DNA of 64,000 bases from Capsulimonadaceae bacterium (lineage in GTDB: Bacteria; Armatimonadota; Armatimonadia; Armatimonadales; Capsulimonadaceae): positions 5,984,001 through 6,048,000 of the forward strand of contig OZ244065.1 of assembly GCA_965215505.1 (NCBI GenBank), given 5' to 3'. Both the position numbers and the translations under genes were made by a program. This document shows, in pieces, positions 48,251 through 59,235 of the stretch. A model generated the notes under the pieces. It did not search any database, was not told the DNA's origin, and worked only from the letters and a program-made list of their open reading frames with translations. How positions within the stretch are numbered: position 1 is the stretch's first letter; the number at the start of each line of letters is the position of its first letter.

Positions 48251-48911
48251 GATGGGTCGCCATTCGACAAGAACATCGCGCACCGGCTCTGTATCTGGGC
48301 GTGACGAGATCAGGGTGCCGCTGAACCTAGACAGATCACGGCGGCGTCAAGATGTATTATCGGCTACAGCAACAATGGGAGTGGCCATGGCTGTAGGGTT
48401 CTTGGCCTTTCCCGCGATGGGCGTGTACATAGCGATCATTGATCCGACACAACGTAAGGCGGGCATCATCCTCGCTGCCATCTCTCTGTTGCTGCCGCTG
48501 TTGGTCGGCATAATGGCTTGGCCCGGAATACAGCAGGCGAAATCTTCCGCGAAGACGCTGAAGGAGAGTCAGCCCGCCCTTGTAATAAACCGAGCGGGGG
48601 TTCAGGACAACGCTTCTACCTATGTTGTTGGCCTCATCCCCTGGGCGGACATCGCCTCGGTAATCAGCACGACACAATACTCCTGGGATCGCCATCGGGG
48701 CGTGAAAAGAGCCTGGTCGGGAATCGCCTTCGTAATCAGAGACATGAACAGTCTGCTCAGGCGGCAACCCGTCTTGATGAGTCAGGAAATGAGGATGGAC
48801 CCTAATGTCAGCGCCAGAAGCCAGATATTCATTCCACAAGCCATGCTTGATGCTGATGTGAATGAGCTGGTGATCGAAATCAACAACTTCCGGGCGAGGG
48901 TGACGCCATGA
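48251..48911 (+). CDS. Two-TM membrane protein, paralog 3
   Basis: QPALVINRAGVQDNASTYVVGLIPWADI...IFIPQAML matches the pair at 2-3.3 kb. Start approximate. Confidence 0.6.
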
Positions 48912-48928
48912 CAGCCACGCTATCATGA

Positions 48929-49219
48929 TTGTTGCCAGGGGGTACTCAAATAAAGCGTCTAGAACAAGAACTGGAACAACGGTTGCCGCATCAATTCCCC
49001 GGCGCACAAGTGTCATTCGACGCCGGCCGTCAAGGGGCCAAGTTAAGCGGCATTCTGGCCTGGACGGGCTTCGCCGGACTCGAACCCATCGACCGCCAGG
49101 GCCTACTCTGGCGTGCGATCCGCGCTCACTTCAACCGCGAGGATCAACTGGGCATCTCGTCCATCATCACGCTGACGCCCGCCGAGTATGCCGTCTACCG
49201 CGAGCCGCAGATGGCCTGA
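48929..49219 (+). CDS. Small hypothetical protein (possibly BolA/KH-like)
   Basis: WTGFAGLEPIDRQGLLW...ITLTPAEY resembles the BolA pattern. Start uncertain. Confidence 0.55.
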   Translation: MLPGGTQIKRLEQELEQRLPHQFPGAQVSFDAGRQGAKLSGILAWTGFAGLEPIDRQGLLWRAIRAHFNREDQLGISSIITLTPAEYAVYREPQMA

Positions 49220-49251
49220 CCGGCACCCCAGCCGGGGAGAAAGGGAATGGG

Positions 49252-49506
49252 ATGATGGCGACAACGCTGGAAGAGCATGTGAGCGCGTTGGAAGCGCAGT
49301 TAGCGCGTCTGCTGGCGGAGAAGCAGGCGGCGAACACCGACGCCCCTTGGCGGCAACGGCAGTTCGGGGCCTTCCAGAACGATGAGATCTATGATGAGGC
49401 GATGCGTCTCGGCGCAGAGTACCGCCGCTCTCAGCCGACGGCGGCAGAAGAGATCGAAGCACTGGAAAAGGCGGGCGTCCATGTACCCCTACCTGATGGG
49501 CAGTGA
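49252..49506 (+). CDS. Small protein, antitoxin-like
   Basis: LEEHVSALEAQLARL...PW...FGAFQNDEIYDEAMRLGAEYRRS. Confidence 0.6.
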   Translation: MMATTLEEHVSALEAQLARLLAEKQAANTDAPWRQRQFGAFQNDEIYDEAMRLGAEYRRSQPTAAEEIEALEKAGVHVPLPDGQ

Positions 49507-49526
49507 CCACTAGGGAGCAAAAGCCT

Positions 49527-50174
49527 ATGCCGCCTGCGCCTAATGATGTTCGCGCCGTCATGGACACCCTCGCCGCCACCTACCACGGGCGCGGGGCGGT
49601 GGAGCTAGGCGACCCGTACAAAGTGCTAGTCGCCACGGTCATCTCGCAGCGGACGCGCGAGGAGCAGACGGCGGCGGTTTCGGAGCGCGTCTTTGCCCGC
49701 TACCCGGACATCCCCGCCCTTGCCTCCGCCGAGGAGCCGGAGCTGTATGATCTTCTGCAAGGCAGCGAGTACCGTGAGGAGAAAGCGCCCCGTCTGATCG
49801 TCATGGCCCGGCTCCTGCGCGACGAACACGGCGGCGCGGTGCCGGACACCGTGGAGGCGCTGCTGACCCTGCCAGGCGTCGGGCGCAAGACAGCCAACTG
49901 CGTCCTGATCTACGCCTTCAGCAAGTCCGCCCTCTGCGTGGACACGCACATGCACCGGATCACGAACCGGCTGGGTTGGGTGACGACGAAGACGCCGGAC
50001 GCGACCGAGAAGGCACTGGAAAAGGTCATGCCGCCCGACCTGTGGGCGGGCAGCAACCGCTTGTTCTTGCAGCATGGCCGGGCGATCTGCCTGCCGTCGG
50101 TCCCGGTCTGTTCGCGCTGCCCGATTCGAAGTGGATGCGCCTACGGGCAGGTCGGTCAGACGAAGAAGCGGTGA
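49527..50174 (+). CDS. nth: Endonuclease III (HhH-GPD, 4Fe-4S)
   Basis: LVATVISQR, LPGVGRKTA, VDTH, HGRAIC..PVCSRCPIRSGC. Confidence 0.9.
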   Translation: MPPAPNDVRAVMDTLAATYHGRGAVELGDPYKVLVATVISQRTREEQTAAVSERVFARYPDIPALASAEEPELYDLLQGSEYREEKAPRLIVMARLLRDEHGGAVPDTVEALLTLPGVGRKTANCVLIYAFSKSALCVDTHMHRITNRLGWVTTKTPDATEKALEKVMPPDLWAGSNRLFLQHGRAICLPSVPVCSRCPIRSGCAYGQVGQTKKR

Positions 50175-50989
50175 TGGGAGAAGGCAGCAGGCTGGGGAAG
50201 AGTAGAATGCAGACCTCGAAACTACGGCAATGGGGACCGCTCTGGGGACACATCAAGGCGATAAGGAAGAAGCCCAAGAGCAAGTCCCAGAAGGTCACGG
50301 AGGCGCTGATGCTGACGCTCCTGCTTGCCTATCTGCTCCTCCTGAGCTTCCCCCAGGTGGTCTTCGCCCGGAGCGTGACCTATCATAACTTCCGGGTCTA
50401 CTCCACCGCCCCCATAGACGGCAGCATCTACACGGACTTGGACAAAGCCGAGCGGAAGCTCGCCGCCTCGGAGATCAACGACCCCCGCGTTTCCTACCGT
50501 GTCTTCCTGTGCCCCAGCCATGCCGCCTTCGCGTTCTTCGCGCCGGGAGCGCGCACGGCATTCGCCGACAACCTGCCATTCGTACACAACATCTTCGTGA
50601 ACACCGCCGATGTCAAAGCGGACGTGGTGACGACGGGCACGGGAGAACACGACCGGCGCACCCTGAGCGGCGTGATCGCCCACGAATGCACTCACACGCT
50701 CCTGGCAGGGCGGTTCGGGCAGGTCCGGATGCTGCGGACGCCTTCCTGGAAGCAGGAGGGCTACTGTGACTACGTCGCCCAATCCACCTCATTCGACCGG
50801 GCAGAGGGGGAGAAGCTGCTGAAGCAGGGTGGCAGCGACCCCTCGCCGTCGTTCTTCTACTTCAAGGCATTCACGGCCATTGCCGACCTGAAAGACCGGC
50901 GGCATTGGGGCGTCACCCGGATCATGGACACGCCGCTGAGTCTGGACGAGGTAGTCCGGGAGGCGGTGGGACGGAAAAAGCAGGACTAG
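50174..50989 (+). CDS. Membrane-anchored HExxH zincin-like peptidase
   Basis: IAHECTH and PSWKQEGYCDYVA. Start uncertain. Confidence 0.7.
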   Translation: MGEGSRLGKSRMQTSKLRQWGPLWGHIKAIRKKPKSKSQKVTEALMLTLLLAYLLLLSFPQVVFARSVTYHNFRVYSTAPIDGSIYTDLDKAERKLAASEINDPRVSYRVFLCPSHAAFAFFAPGARTAFADNLPFVHNIFVNTADVKADVVTTGTGEHDRRTLSGVIAHECTHTLLAGRFGQVRMLRTPSWKQEGYCDYVAQSTSFDRAEGEKLLKQGGSDPSPSFFYFKAFTAIADLKDRRHWGVTRIMDTPLSLDEVVREAVGRKKQD

Positions 50990-51416
50990 CGGGGAGCATC
51001 TTGCGGAACATGTGGCTCGTCTTGGCCAGATCGTAGCCAATGCTTTGGTAGAACTCGTGCGCCTCGGTCCGGTGCAGGCCGGAACGCAGGCGCACTTCGG
51101 AGTAGCCGTTTGCCTGCGCCCACGCCTCGGCCTGCGCCATCAGGGCGCGGCCTGCGCCCCGCCGACGCGCTCCGACGTCCACGACCAGGCCACCGATCTC
51201 GGCGAAGAAGCGCGGGGAAATGAGCATGTGGACGCCGAAGACCTCCACCCAGCCGATTACGCCGCCGCCCTGTTCGGCGACGTAAAAGCCGTGGTCAAGT
51301 GCGAAAGACTCAAGCCGCTCCGCGATGAGCGATGGCGGAGTGTGGTCGTAGCCGAGCTGTGTACACAGCGCCGCGACGGCGGCGGCATCGGCGGCGGCCA
51401 TTGGGCGAATTAACAT
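50922..51416 (-). CDS. GNAT acetyltransferase
   Basis: LVVDVGARRRGAGRALM, AHEFYQSIGY. Confidence 0.85.
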   Translation of the reverse strand: MLIRPMAAADAAAVAALCTQLGYDHTPPSLIAERLESFALDHGFYVAEQGGGVIGWVEVFGVHMLISPRFFAEIGGLVVDVGARRRGAGRALMAQAEAWAQANGYSEVRLRSGLHRTEAHEFYQSIGYDLAKTSHMFRKMLPASPAFSVPPPPGLPRPDSAACP

Positions 51417-51455
51417 AGGGCATTCTACCCGGTTGTCCGAAAAAAAGAGGCCCGC

Positions 51456-51935
51456 ATGCAGCCGCCGGAAGACAGTCTAGACCTACTCATCCGCCGTGCC
51501 CGGCGCGACGATGTGCGGGAGATCGTCCGGATGCTGGCCGATGACCCTTTGGGGAGCCAGCGCGAGCAGTTCCAGGACCCGCTCCCGCAAGCCTACTATG
51601 ATGCCTTTAAGGAGATCAACGCGGACGCGCACCATGAGCTGGTCGTCGCCGAAAGGGACGGCACGGTCATCGGCACCCTGCAACTAACCTTCCTCCCCGG
51701 CATCGCCCGATTAGGCGCTAAGAGGGCACAGATAGAAGCCGTCCACGTTGACGCGCGCTGCCGTGGCGAGGGGATCGGGCGCGCTCTTCTACTCTGGGCC
51801 ATCGGCCGCGCCCGGCAGGAAGGCTGCCGGCTGGTACAGCTCACGACCGACAAAAGCCGCCACGGCGCCCACCGCTTTTATGAACGGCTGGGCTTCGTCG
51901 CCTCGCATGAGGGCATGAAGCTATTGCTGCCTTGA
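51456..51935 (+). CDS. GNAT acetyltransferase
   Basis: [29 protein letters not shown]. Confidence 0.9.
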   Translation: MQPPEDSLDLLIRRARRDDVREIVRMLADDPLGSQREQFQDPLPQAYYDAFKEINADAHHELVVAERDGTVIGTLQLTFLPGIARLGAKRAQIEAVHVDARCRGEGIGRALLLWAIGRARQEGCRLVQLTTDKSRHGAHRFYERLGFVASHEGMKLLLP

Positions 51936-51954
51936 TTTGACCAGGAGAATGATT

Positions 51955-53607
51955 ATGGCCCTGTCCCCGCTCGCCGGGAAACCCGCCCCGCACGACCTAT
52001 TGACCAACATTCCAAGGCTCATCGCCGCCTACTACACCGAGAAGCCGGACCCCGCCGAGGCGGCGCACAGGGTTTCCTTCGGCACGTCGGGGCATCGCGG
52101 CTCGTCGCTCAAACAGACTTTTAACGAGGACCACATCCTGGCGATCTGCCAGGCCATCGCCGAACAGCGGGCGGCGGAGGGCGCGACGGGGCCGCTGTTC
52201 ATGGGCATGGACACGCACGCCCTGTCCGAGCCGGCCCACCGGACTGCCGTTGAAGTCTTCGCGGGGAACGGCGTGGAGGTGCGGATACAGGCGGGCGGCG
52301 GGTACACGCCGACGCCTGTGATCTCGTTCGCCATCCTCAACTACAACAAAGGCCGGACGGCTGGGCGGGCGGATGGCGTCGTCATCACGCCCTCGCACAA
52401 CCCGCCGGAAGACGGCGGATTCAAATACGACCCACCCTCCGGCGGTCCCGCCGACACGAACACGACGAAGCGCATCCAGGACCGGGCGAACGCCCTGCTG
52501 CAAGGCGGCCTGGTAGAAGTCAAGCGGCTGTCGTATGCGAGTGCGCTCCGAGCCGAGACGACCCAGCCGCATGACTATGTGACGCCCTACGTCGAAGCTC
52601 TGGCGACCGTCATCGACATGGAGGCCATCGCCAAGGCCGGGCTGAAGATCGGGGCGGATCCGATGGGCGGGGCGGGGCTGGCCTACTGGGAGCCGATCAA
52701 GGAGTGCTACAGGCTGGACATAGATGTTGTCAACCCGAACGTGGACCCGACGTTCGCCTTCATGACCGTGGACAAAGATGGCAAGATACGCATGGACTGT
52801 TCCTCGCCCTATGCCATGGCGTCTCTGATCGGCCTTAAAGACCGCTACGATGTCGCATTCGGCAATGACCCGGACACGGACCGGCACGGGATCGTGACGC
52901 CCAGCGCGGGCCTGCTGAACCCGAACCACTACCTCGCCGTCGCGATCTCCTACCTGTTCCAGAACCGCCCCGACTGGCGGGCCGATGCCGCCGTGGGCAA
53001 GACATTGGTGTCCAGCGGGATGATTGACCGGGTGGCCGCCTCCCTGAACCGGCCTCTGGCCGAGGTGCCGGTGGGCTTCAAGTGGTTCGTCGAGGGGCTG
53101 CTGGATGGCAGCTACGGCTTCGGCGGCGAGGAGAGCGCCGGGGCCTCGTTCCTGCGCCGCGACGGCGGCGCATGGACGACGGACAAAGACGGCATCATTC
53201 TCGACCTGCTGGCGGCGGAGATCACGGCGAAGACGGGCCGCGACCCCGGCCTGCACTACGCAACCCTGACCGAGCGGTTCGGTGCCCCCGTCTATGAACG
53301 CATGGACGCCCCCGCCACGTCCGAGCAGCAAACCATCCTTTCCAACCTGTCGCCGGAGCAGGTCAAGGCCGAAGAACTGGCCGGCGAGAAGATCACCGCT
53401 CGGCTGACCCGCGCTCCCGCGAACGACGCCCCCATCGGCGGGCTGAAAGTCGTGACGGAGAACGGCTGGTTTGCCGCCCGCCCTTCCGGCACGGAGCCGG
53501 TTTACAAAATCTACGCCGAGAGCTTCTTGGGCGCGGATCACTTGCATCGTATTCAGGAGGAGGCGCAGGAGATCGTCGGCGCGGCCTTCCGGGCGGCGGG
53601 CCTATAG
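51955..53607 (+). CDS. pgm: Phosphoglucomutase
   Basis: [36 protein letters not shown]. Confidence 0.96.
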   Translation: MALSPLAGKPAPHDLLTNIPRLIAAYYTEKPDPAEAAHRVSFGTSGHRGSSLKQTFNEDHILAICQAIAEQRAAEGATGPLFMGMDTHALSEPAHRTAVEVFAGNGVEVRIQAGGGYTPTPVISFAILNYNKGRTAGRADGVVITPSHNPPEDGGFKYDPPSGGPADTNTTKRIQDRANALLQGGLVEVKRLSYASALRAETTQPHDYVTPYVEALATVIDMEAIAKAGLKIGADPMGGAGLAYWEPIKECYRLDIDVVNPNVDPTFAFMTVDKDGKIRMDCSSPYAMASLIGLKDRYDVAFGNDPDTDRHGIVTPSAGLLNPNHYLAVAISYLFQNRPDWRADAAVGKTLVSSGMIDRVAASLNRPLAEVPVGFKWFVEGLLDGSYGFGGEESAGASFLRRDGGAWTTDKDGIILDLLAAEITAKTGRDPGLHYATLTERFGAPVYERMDAPATSEQQTILSNLSPEQVKAEELAGEKITARLTRAPANDAPIGGLKVVTENGWFAARPSGTEPVYKIYAESFLGADHLHRIQEEAQEIVGAAFRAAGL

Positions 53608-53650
53608 TCTATCGGGCACCATGCTATTAATACCATGCCATGAATGGCAC

Positions 53651-53748
53651 GGCTAGACAGCCTTCGGCTAGAAAGCACCGCTTCGCGGGGCTAAGACTCT
53701 TTTCTGAGTGCCGCGAAGCGGTGCTTGGTGGCCGAAGGCCGTCTAGCC
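53651..53748. repeat. Inverted pair of two-hairpin REP-like units
   Basis: GGCTAGACAGCCTTCGGC/GCCGAAGGCCGTCTAGCC and AAGCACCGCTTCGCGG/CCGCGAAGCGGTGCTT. Confidence 0.75.
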
Positions 53749-53833
53749 ATGTGTTTCAACACATGGTCCTATTTCGTAACATGGCCTCTCCTGGCGGCTT
53801 GACATCCCGGCACCCATGGGCGATAATGGACCC

Positions 53834-55891
53834 ATGAACGCTCCGTTCCACTCCATCTATGCCCACGGCTTCGTCCGCGCCTGCGTCTGCATTCCCTTCC
53901 TGCGCGTGGCCGACCCCGACTACAATGTTGCCCAAACGCTCGGGCTGGCCCGGCAGGCGTCGGACATGGGCGCGGCCGTCGCCCTGTTCCCCGAACTCGG
54001 TCTGTCCGCCTACTCCAATGAAGACCTGTTCCATCAGGACGCCTTACTGGAAGGGACTCTGGCCGCGCTGGAACACTTCGTAGACGAGAGCCGCGACCTG
54101 ACCCCGCTCCTGCTCGTCGGGGCACCCCTGCGCTTCGGCGGCCAACTCTTCAACTGCGCCGTCGCCGTCTACCGGGGCCGGATACTTGGCCTGACGCCCA
54201 AGTCCTATCTGCCGAACTACCGGGAGTTCTATGAGAAGCGTCAGTTCACATCCGCCCGCGACGCCGTCAGCCGCGAGGTGACGCTGCTCGGCCAGCGCGT
54301 CCCGCTGGGCAATGACCTGATCTATCAGGCCGAGAACGTCCCCGACTTCGCGGTCCACACCGAGATCTGCGAGGACGTCTGGACGCCCGTCCCGCCCTCC
54401 ACCTATGCTGCCCTGGCCGGGGCAACCATCCTCGCAAACCTCTCCGCCTCCAACATCACCATCGGCAAGGCCGAGTACCGGCGCGACTTGTGCGCCTCCC
54501 AGTCGGGCCGGTGCGTCGCCGCCTACCTGTACTCGGCGGCGGGGCCGGGCGAGTCCACCACCGACCTTGCCTGGGACGGCCACGCGCTCATCTACGAGAA
54601 TAACGAGCGGCTGGCCGAGACGGAGCGATTCGCGGCCCACGAGCAGATCATCGCCGCCGACATTGACCTGGAGAGACTCGCCCAGGACCGGATGCGGCTG
54701 ACCTCCTTCCAGGACTCGGTCGGCGACCACAAAGACCGCGTCCGCGCCATGCGCCGCGTCCCTTTCACCTTCCAGACCCCCGACGGCGTCTCCGCGCTGC
54801 ACCGCTCCGTCGAGCGCTTCCCCTACGTCCCCAACGACCGCGCCGTGCGCGACGAGCGCTGCTATGAGGCCTACAACATCCAGGTTCACGGCCTGATGAA
54901 GCGGCTCCAGAGCGCGCGCATCGAGAAGATCGTCATCGGCGTTTCGGGCGGCCTGGACTCGACCCACGCCCTCATCGTCGCCGCCCGGACCATGGACCGG
55001 CTGGGCCTGCCGCGCCAAAACATTCTCGGCTACACCATGCCCGGCTTCGCCACCAGCAGCGGAACTCGCTCCAACGCCCTGGGTCTGATGGACGCCTTGG
55101 GCGTCACGTCTCACGAGATAGACATCAAGCCATCCTGCCTCCAGATGCTGCGCGACATCGGCCACCCGTTCATCGGCGGCGAGCCGGTCTACGACATCAC
55201 CTTCGAGAACGTCCAGGCCGGGGAGCGCACCTCGCACCTGTTCCGCCTGGCGAACTTCCAGAACGGCCTCGTCCTCGGCACGGGCGACCTGAGCGAGCTG
55301 GCCTTGGGGTGGGCGACCTACGGTGTCGGCGATCACATGTCCCATTACAACGTCAATGCCTCGGTTCCCAAGACCCTCATCCAGTACCTCCTGCGCTGGG
55401 TCATCGCCACCCGCCAGTTCAGCGGCCAGGCGAGTGAACTCATTCAGGCCATCGTGGACACCGAGATCTCCCCCGAACTCGTCCCGCATTCTGGTGAAGC
55501 TGACACCTCGCCCCTCCAATCCACCCAGGAGAAGATCGGCCCCTACGAGCTGCAAGACTTCCACCTCTACTATACGACGCGCTACGGCTTCCGCCCCTCC
55601 AAGGTCGCCTTCCTCGCCCACAATGCCTGGGCCGACAAGACGCGCGGCGCGTGGCCCGACCCGTTCCCCGACGACAAGAAGAACGAGTACGCCCTGCCCG
55701 CCATCAAGAAGTGGCTCGGCCTGTTCCTCTTCCGCTTCTTCCAGACCAGCCAGTTCAAACGCTCCGCCGTCCCCAACGGCCCCAAAGTCGGCTCCGGCGG
55801 CTCCCTCTCCCCGCGCGGCGACTGGCGCGCGCCCTCCGACTCGGAGGCAACAGTGTGGCTCAAAGAACTACAAGAAAACGTGCCGGACTAG
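53834..55891 (+). CDS. nadE: Glutamine-dependent NAD+ synthetase
   Basis: [48 protein letters not shown]. Confidence 0.96.
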   Translation: MNAPFHSIYAHGFVRACVCIPFLRVADPDYNVAQTLGLARQASDMGAAVALFPELGLSAYSNEDLFHQDALLEGTLAALEHFVDESRDLTPLLLVGAPLRFGGQLFNCAVAVYRGRILGLTPKSYLPNYREFYEKRQFTSARDAVSREVTLLGQRVPLGNDLIYQAENVPDFAVHTEICEDVWTPVPPSTYAALAGATILANLSASNITIGKAEYRRDLCASQSGRCVAAYLYSAAGPGESTTDLAWDGHALIYENNERLAETERFAAHEQIIAADIDLERLAQDRMRLTSFQDSVGDHKDRVRAMRRVPFTFQTPDGVSALHRSVERFPYVPNDRAVRDERCYEAYNIQVHGLMKRLQSARIEKIVIGVSGGLDSTHALIVAARTMDRLGLPRQNILGYTMPGFATSSGTRSNALGLMDALGVTSHEIDIKPSCLQMLRDIGHPFIGGEPVYDITFENVQAGERTSHLFRLANFQNGLVLGTGDLSELALGWATYGVGDHMSHYNVNASVPKTLIQYLLRWVIATRQFSGQASELIQAIVDTEISPELVPHSGEADTSPLQSTQEKIGPYELQDFHLYYTTRYGFRPSKVAFLAHNAWADKTRGAWPDPFPDDKKNEYALPAIKKWLGLFLFRFFQTSQFKRSAVPNGPKVGSGGSLSPRGDWRAPSDSEATVWLKELQENVPD

Positions 55892-55922
55892 AGATGCCCA
55901 AGAGGCAAGCCGAAGGTAAACC

Positions 55923-56303
55923 ATGCCGAGTCTGAGTTTCGCTGCCGCACTCGTCGGCTTTTCAGGGCTGGCTCTGCTGATACTCAGCGCGATGGAGTTC
56001 CGCAAGCCTCTGCCGATTGCAAAGATGACCGGACTTACATGGCTGCTCTTTGCTGTTGCCGCTGATAGCTTCTCGGCGTCCCTATTCATCATGGAGAAAT
56101 CTTGGCACCTGCCGAATGCTCAGAAGCCCTGGCTGCTGATGAACGCGCTTGGCGGCATCGCTTTCACCATTACGGTGTTGGCCCTTCTAACGCTGGTGCG
56201 CGTCGTTGCGGCCAAAGAAGCGGAAGCAAGACAGCAAGCCAAGTCGGCAAGCGAACTGCGCCCGATGGAAGGTGTGTGGCCGCCTCCCCCTATGGAGCCA
56301 TGA
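55923..56303 (+). CDS. Small membrane protein with C-terminal GVWPPPP motif
   Basis: Three hydrophobic segments; ends EGVWPPPPMEP. Confidence 0.65.
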   Translation: MPSLSFAAALVGFSGLALLILSAMEFRKPLPIAKMTGLTWLLFAVAADSFSASLFIMEKSWHLPNAQKPWLLMNALGGIAFTITVLALLTLVRVVAAKEAEARQQAKSASELRPMEGVWPPPPMEP

Positions 56304-56372
56304 GGAAAACCGACCTTGAAAGGCCGGCCTACTGCTGAATGAAAGTGCCTCCGGCAATGAGGATAATCTGCC

Positions 56373-56397
56373 GTAGGGGCGCTGCTTGCTACGGCCT
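56373..56397 (+). repeat. Degenerate GTAG-type REP
   Basis: GTAGGGGCGCTGCTTGCTACGGCCT, similar to the copy inside trpE. Confidence 0.55.
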
Positions 56398-56543
56398 TTT
56401 TCCCGTCGCGCTATTCTCACGTCCTCCCTTCTTCAACCCCGGAGAGGTTTTCATTCAAGAGTAGGCCGGCACTTCCAGCGCCGGTTTCTCCTCCACATGT
56501 GATACAATAACCGCAACACCTTCACCTAACGGAGACCCCGTCC

Positions 56544-57953
56544 ATGCCTATAGCAGCAGAGTCCGAGACACCCGCCTACCCCTCCCTGCGCGCGCTCCAA
56601 ATAGAGGCCAGCAGCGGGAAGAAGCCCAAGATCGTGACGCAGATGGGGGACTGGCAGTATCTGGAACGCTCCCTGCACCGGCTGGTGACGGCGTGGGCGA
56701 GGCACTTCACTGACTGGGAAGACAAGCGGGCGGTCTGCCGGCACGTTTGGGAGCAGGCCGAATGCGTCCGGCGGCTGCGGGAGCGGCTGACCGAGTTCCC
56801 CGGCACGACAAGCAACCTGGACGCGCCAGTCTCGGGGAAACTGGAGGCGCTGGCGAACACCGTCCTGCTGGCCCCGTCGCATGAGGACGCCGTGGACGGC
56901 GTGTACCAACTGCTGACGGGCGCCCTGGTGCGGTCCTACCTGCATTATGTGGAGCACGCGCACCCCGTCCACGACGCGCCGACGACCGCGATGCTGCAAG
57001 AGATCGTGAGGATCAAGGAGGGGCAACGGCTCTGGCTCCGCGACTGCCGGCGGCGGCACCCGCACACGACTGACGCGGCCTACAAGGCGGCGGTGGAGAC
57101 GGCGCTGGCGGCCTGCGGCGACATCCACGAGGCACTCCCCGTGGAGGGCGCGGGGGCGCGGCCCGTCGGCGTCGGCACGGACTTCCGGCTGCCATCGCGG
57201 GCGGGGGTGCCTCCGGGCAGCGAACCGCGCCACGACTTCATGCCGTTCCTCGAGGCCGACTTCACGGACAGCATCGAGGCGCGACGCCTGTTCTGGTGCT
57301 ACGGCTACCTGCTGGAACAGAACCTCGCCGACGACCAGATGCGCTGGCTGTGGGACGCACCGGACATGCCGTGGGAGTTCTTGCAGGACGTATCCCGGCA
57401 CCTGTGGGACGAGTCCCGGCACGGCGATTCGGGCCACTCCCGGCTGCTGGACTTCGGCATCACGGTCCAGGATGTCGGCTTCGCGAACTACGGGACCGCG
57501 CCTGAAGAAGCGCCGGGTATTGCCAAACCGATGTCGGCGGACGACTTGTACGAGGTCGTTTTCTTCATCGGCATGTGCGCCGAAACGGGCCACTTCCCCG
57601 TCAAGCACGAGGCGTATGCGGACTTCAAGGCGGGGGGCGATCTGGAATCGGCGGAGATGATGCTGTTCGACATCATTGACGAGACGACGCATGTCCAGTA
57701 CGCCCACCGCTGGCTGCCCCTCCTGGCCGAGCGGGCGGGCCGTGATCTGGGCGACTTCAAGGAGCGGGGGCAACGGGAACGGCAGCGTTATCAGGCGTCG
57801 GCGGATACGCGGCTGGCGGAGCGGAAGGGTCTGCCGCGCGACCCCGACAACCCGGACTACGCCTTTTACCAGCATCTCCTGGGAATCATGCGCGAGAAGC
57901 AGCCGCTGTCCAACGCCGAGACCTGCCCGCCGCGCTCGTTCAAGCCGATGTAG
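56544..57953 (+). CDS. Tandem ferritin-like (DUF455-like) diiron protein
   Basis: C-terminal half has DESRH and DETTH (ExxH); N-terminal half appears to be a degenerate second bundle. Confidence 0.72.
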   Translation: MPIAAESETPAYPSLRALQIEASSGKKPKIVTQMGDWQYLERSLHRLVTAWARHFTDWEDKRAVCRHVWEQAECVRRLRERLTEFPGTTSNLDAPVSGKLEALANTVLLAPSHEDAVDGVYQLLTGALVRSYLHYVEHAHPVHDAPTTAMLQEIVRIKEGQRLWLRDCRRRHPHTTDAAYKAAVETALAACGDIHEALPVEGAGARPVGVGTDFRLPSRAGVPPGSEPRHDFMPFLEADFTDSIEARRLFWCYGYLLEQNLADDQMRWLWDAPDMPWEFLQDVSRHLWDESRHGDSGHSRLLDFGITVQDVGFANYGTAPEEAPGIAKPMSADDLYEVVFFIGMCAETGHFPVKHEAYADFKAGGDLESAEMMLFDIIDETTHVQYAHRWLPLLAERAGRDLGDFKERGQRERQRYQASADTRLAERKGLPRDPDNPDYAFYQHLLGIMREKQPLSNAETCPPRSFKPM

Positions 57954-57968
57954 GGCAGGCTCGGGGTC

Positions 57969-57993
57969 GTAGGGGCGAACCTTGTGTTCGCCC
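57969..57993 (+). repeat. GTAG-type REP
   Basis: GTAGGGGCGAACCTTGTGTTCGCCC. Confidence 0.75.
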
Positions 57994-58017
57994 ACCCTCT
58001 CCCCGACGCCCTGCTTT

Positions 58018-59181
58018 CTACTCCCGCATCGCCTCCGGGTCTACCCCCACGCTCCGGCACCAGGCCCGGTAGGCGTCCGGCGCGATCTCTGACGGCTTGA
58101 TCTCGCTGCGGCCCCCCCAGAAGACGTTCGTGTAGCCGACCGGGATGCCGACACTCTCCAGATGCGCGTCCATTGCGGCTTTGTGGGCCAGCAGGACCGA
58201 CTTGTCCAGGCCGTGCGCGACCCCCATGATGTTGACGTTCCTAAACTCCGGGCCGCCCTCGCGCCAGTAGGCGTGGGTCATGATGTGGAACCGGCCCACC
58301 TCGCGCCCCGCCTCGATCTCGCGTCCGACGGGCACCGCCCAGTGGAACAGGGCGTTGTAGCGGGTCACGCGCTGGTCGCCCGCCGTCGGCTTGACGTGTT
58401 CCAGGAACGTCGAGAAGCGCCCGATGACGCCCCGGTCGTGCAGTGACGTTGCGACCGTCAGGAACGTGTCCAGATCAACACCAGCCTCGGCGGCCCGCGC
58501 CCGCCACAGGTCCCGGACGATCTCCTCCGGCTCGAACTCCCGCTTCAGAGCCGTCAATACCTGCCAGTCCAGGTCACTGAGCTGGACGATCTGCGTGTCC
58601 AGCACCTCGGCGGGGACATCGGCTTTGCTGCCGATGGCGAGGCCCTTGCGGCGGATGTGGCCGACGCCCAGGGCGAACAGGCGGTTCGCGGGCATCAGGC
58701 GGTAGCTCTCGGCCCCGATCTTGGCAGCTAAGAAGTCCGCGTGCTTGACCAGCGAATAGCCCTGCGGCACCTTCAGCGTCGTCCACAGCCGGTACTGCGA
58801 GCCGGGCGTGGCGGCGTCCGCCGAGCGGATGACGACGTGGCCCGAAAACGGGTCCTGGTCGAAGAGATAGGAGAAGGCAGCATCCAGCCTGTCGGCGGGC
58901 ACCTGCCAGGCGACGAGCGAGCCTTGCGCCAGGTTCGTCGCCATGAGCGTCTGCCGGACGCGGCGGATCGTTCCTGCCCGCAGCATCGCCTGGATGCGCT
59001 CGATCACGACCGGCAGGGGGACCTCGGAACGGGCGGCGATCTCGCCGAACGGGTCTGGCGTGAAGCCCTGGATGGTGTCTTCCGAAACCGCCAGGATGGC
59101 CGCGTTGACGGCGTCGTCTATCTCGGCGGGGATGCTCGCTTCGGGGACCCGCGACGGGGTGGGGGCAGCTAGTGTCGTCAT
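58018..59181 (-). CDS. Fused Lrp/AsnC-like siroheme decarboxylase (AhbA-AhbB/NirDL-like)
   Basis: Two HTH+AsnC units; PFGEIA, GTIRRV, THAYWR, GVAHG. Confidence 0.75.
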   Translation of the reverse strand: MTTLAAPTPSRVPEASIPAEIDDAVNAAILAVSEDTIQGFTPDPFGEIAARSEVPLPVVIERIQAMLRAGTIRRVRQTLMATNLAQGSLVAWQVPADRLDAAFSYLFDQDPFSGHVVIRSADAATPGSQYRLWTTLKVPQGYSLVKHADFLAAKIGAESYRLMPANRLFALGVGHIRRKGLAIGSKADVPAEVLDTQIVQLSDLDWQVLTALKREFEPEEIVRDLWRARAAEAGVDLDTFLTVATSLHDRGVIGRFSTFLEHVKPTAGDQRVTRYNALFHWAVPVGREIEAGREVGRFHIMTHAYWREGGPEFRNVNIMGVAHGLDKSVLLAHKAAMDAHLESVGIPVGYTNVFWGGRSEIKPSEIAPDAYRAWCRSVGVDPEAMRE

Positions 59182-59235
59182 ACCGTTATTGTACCCGAAA
59201 CGCCGCCTTCGCCCCTTTGCGGGTACAATGGGACT

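Noticed and set aside
45594-49506. Prophage or integrative element at guaA
   Set aside because: No integrase, att-like direct repeats or phage genes seen.
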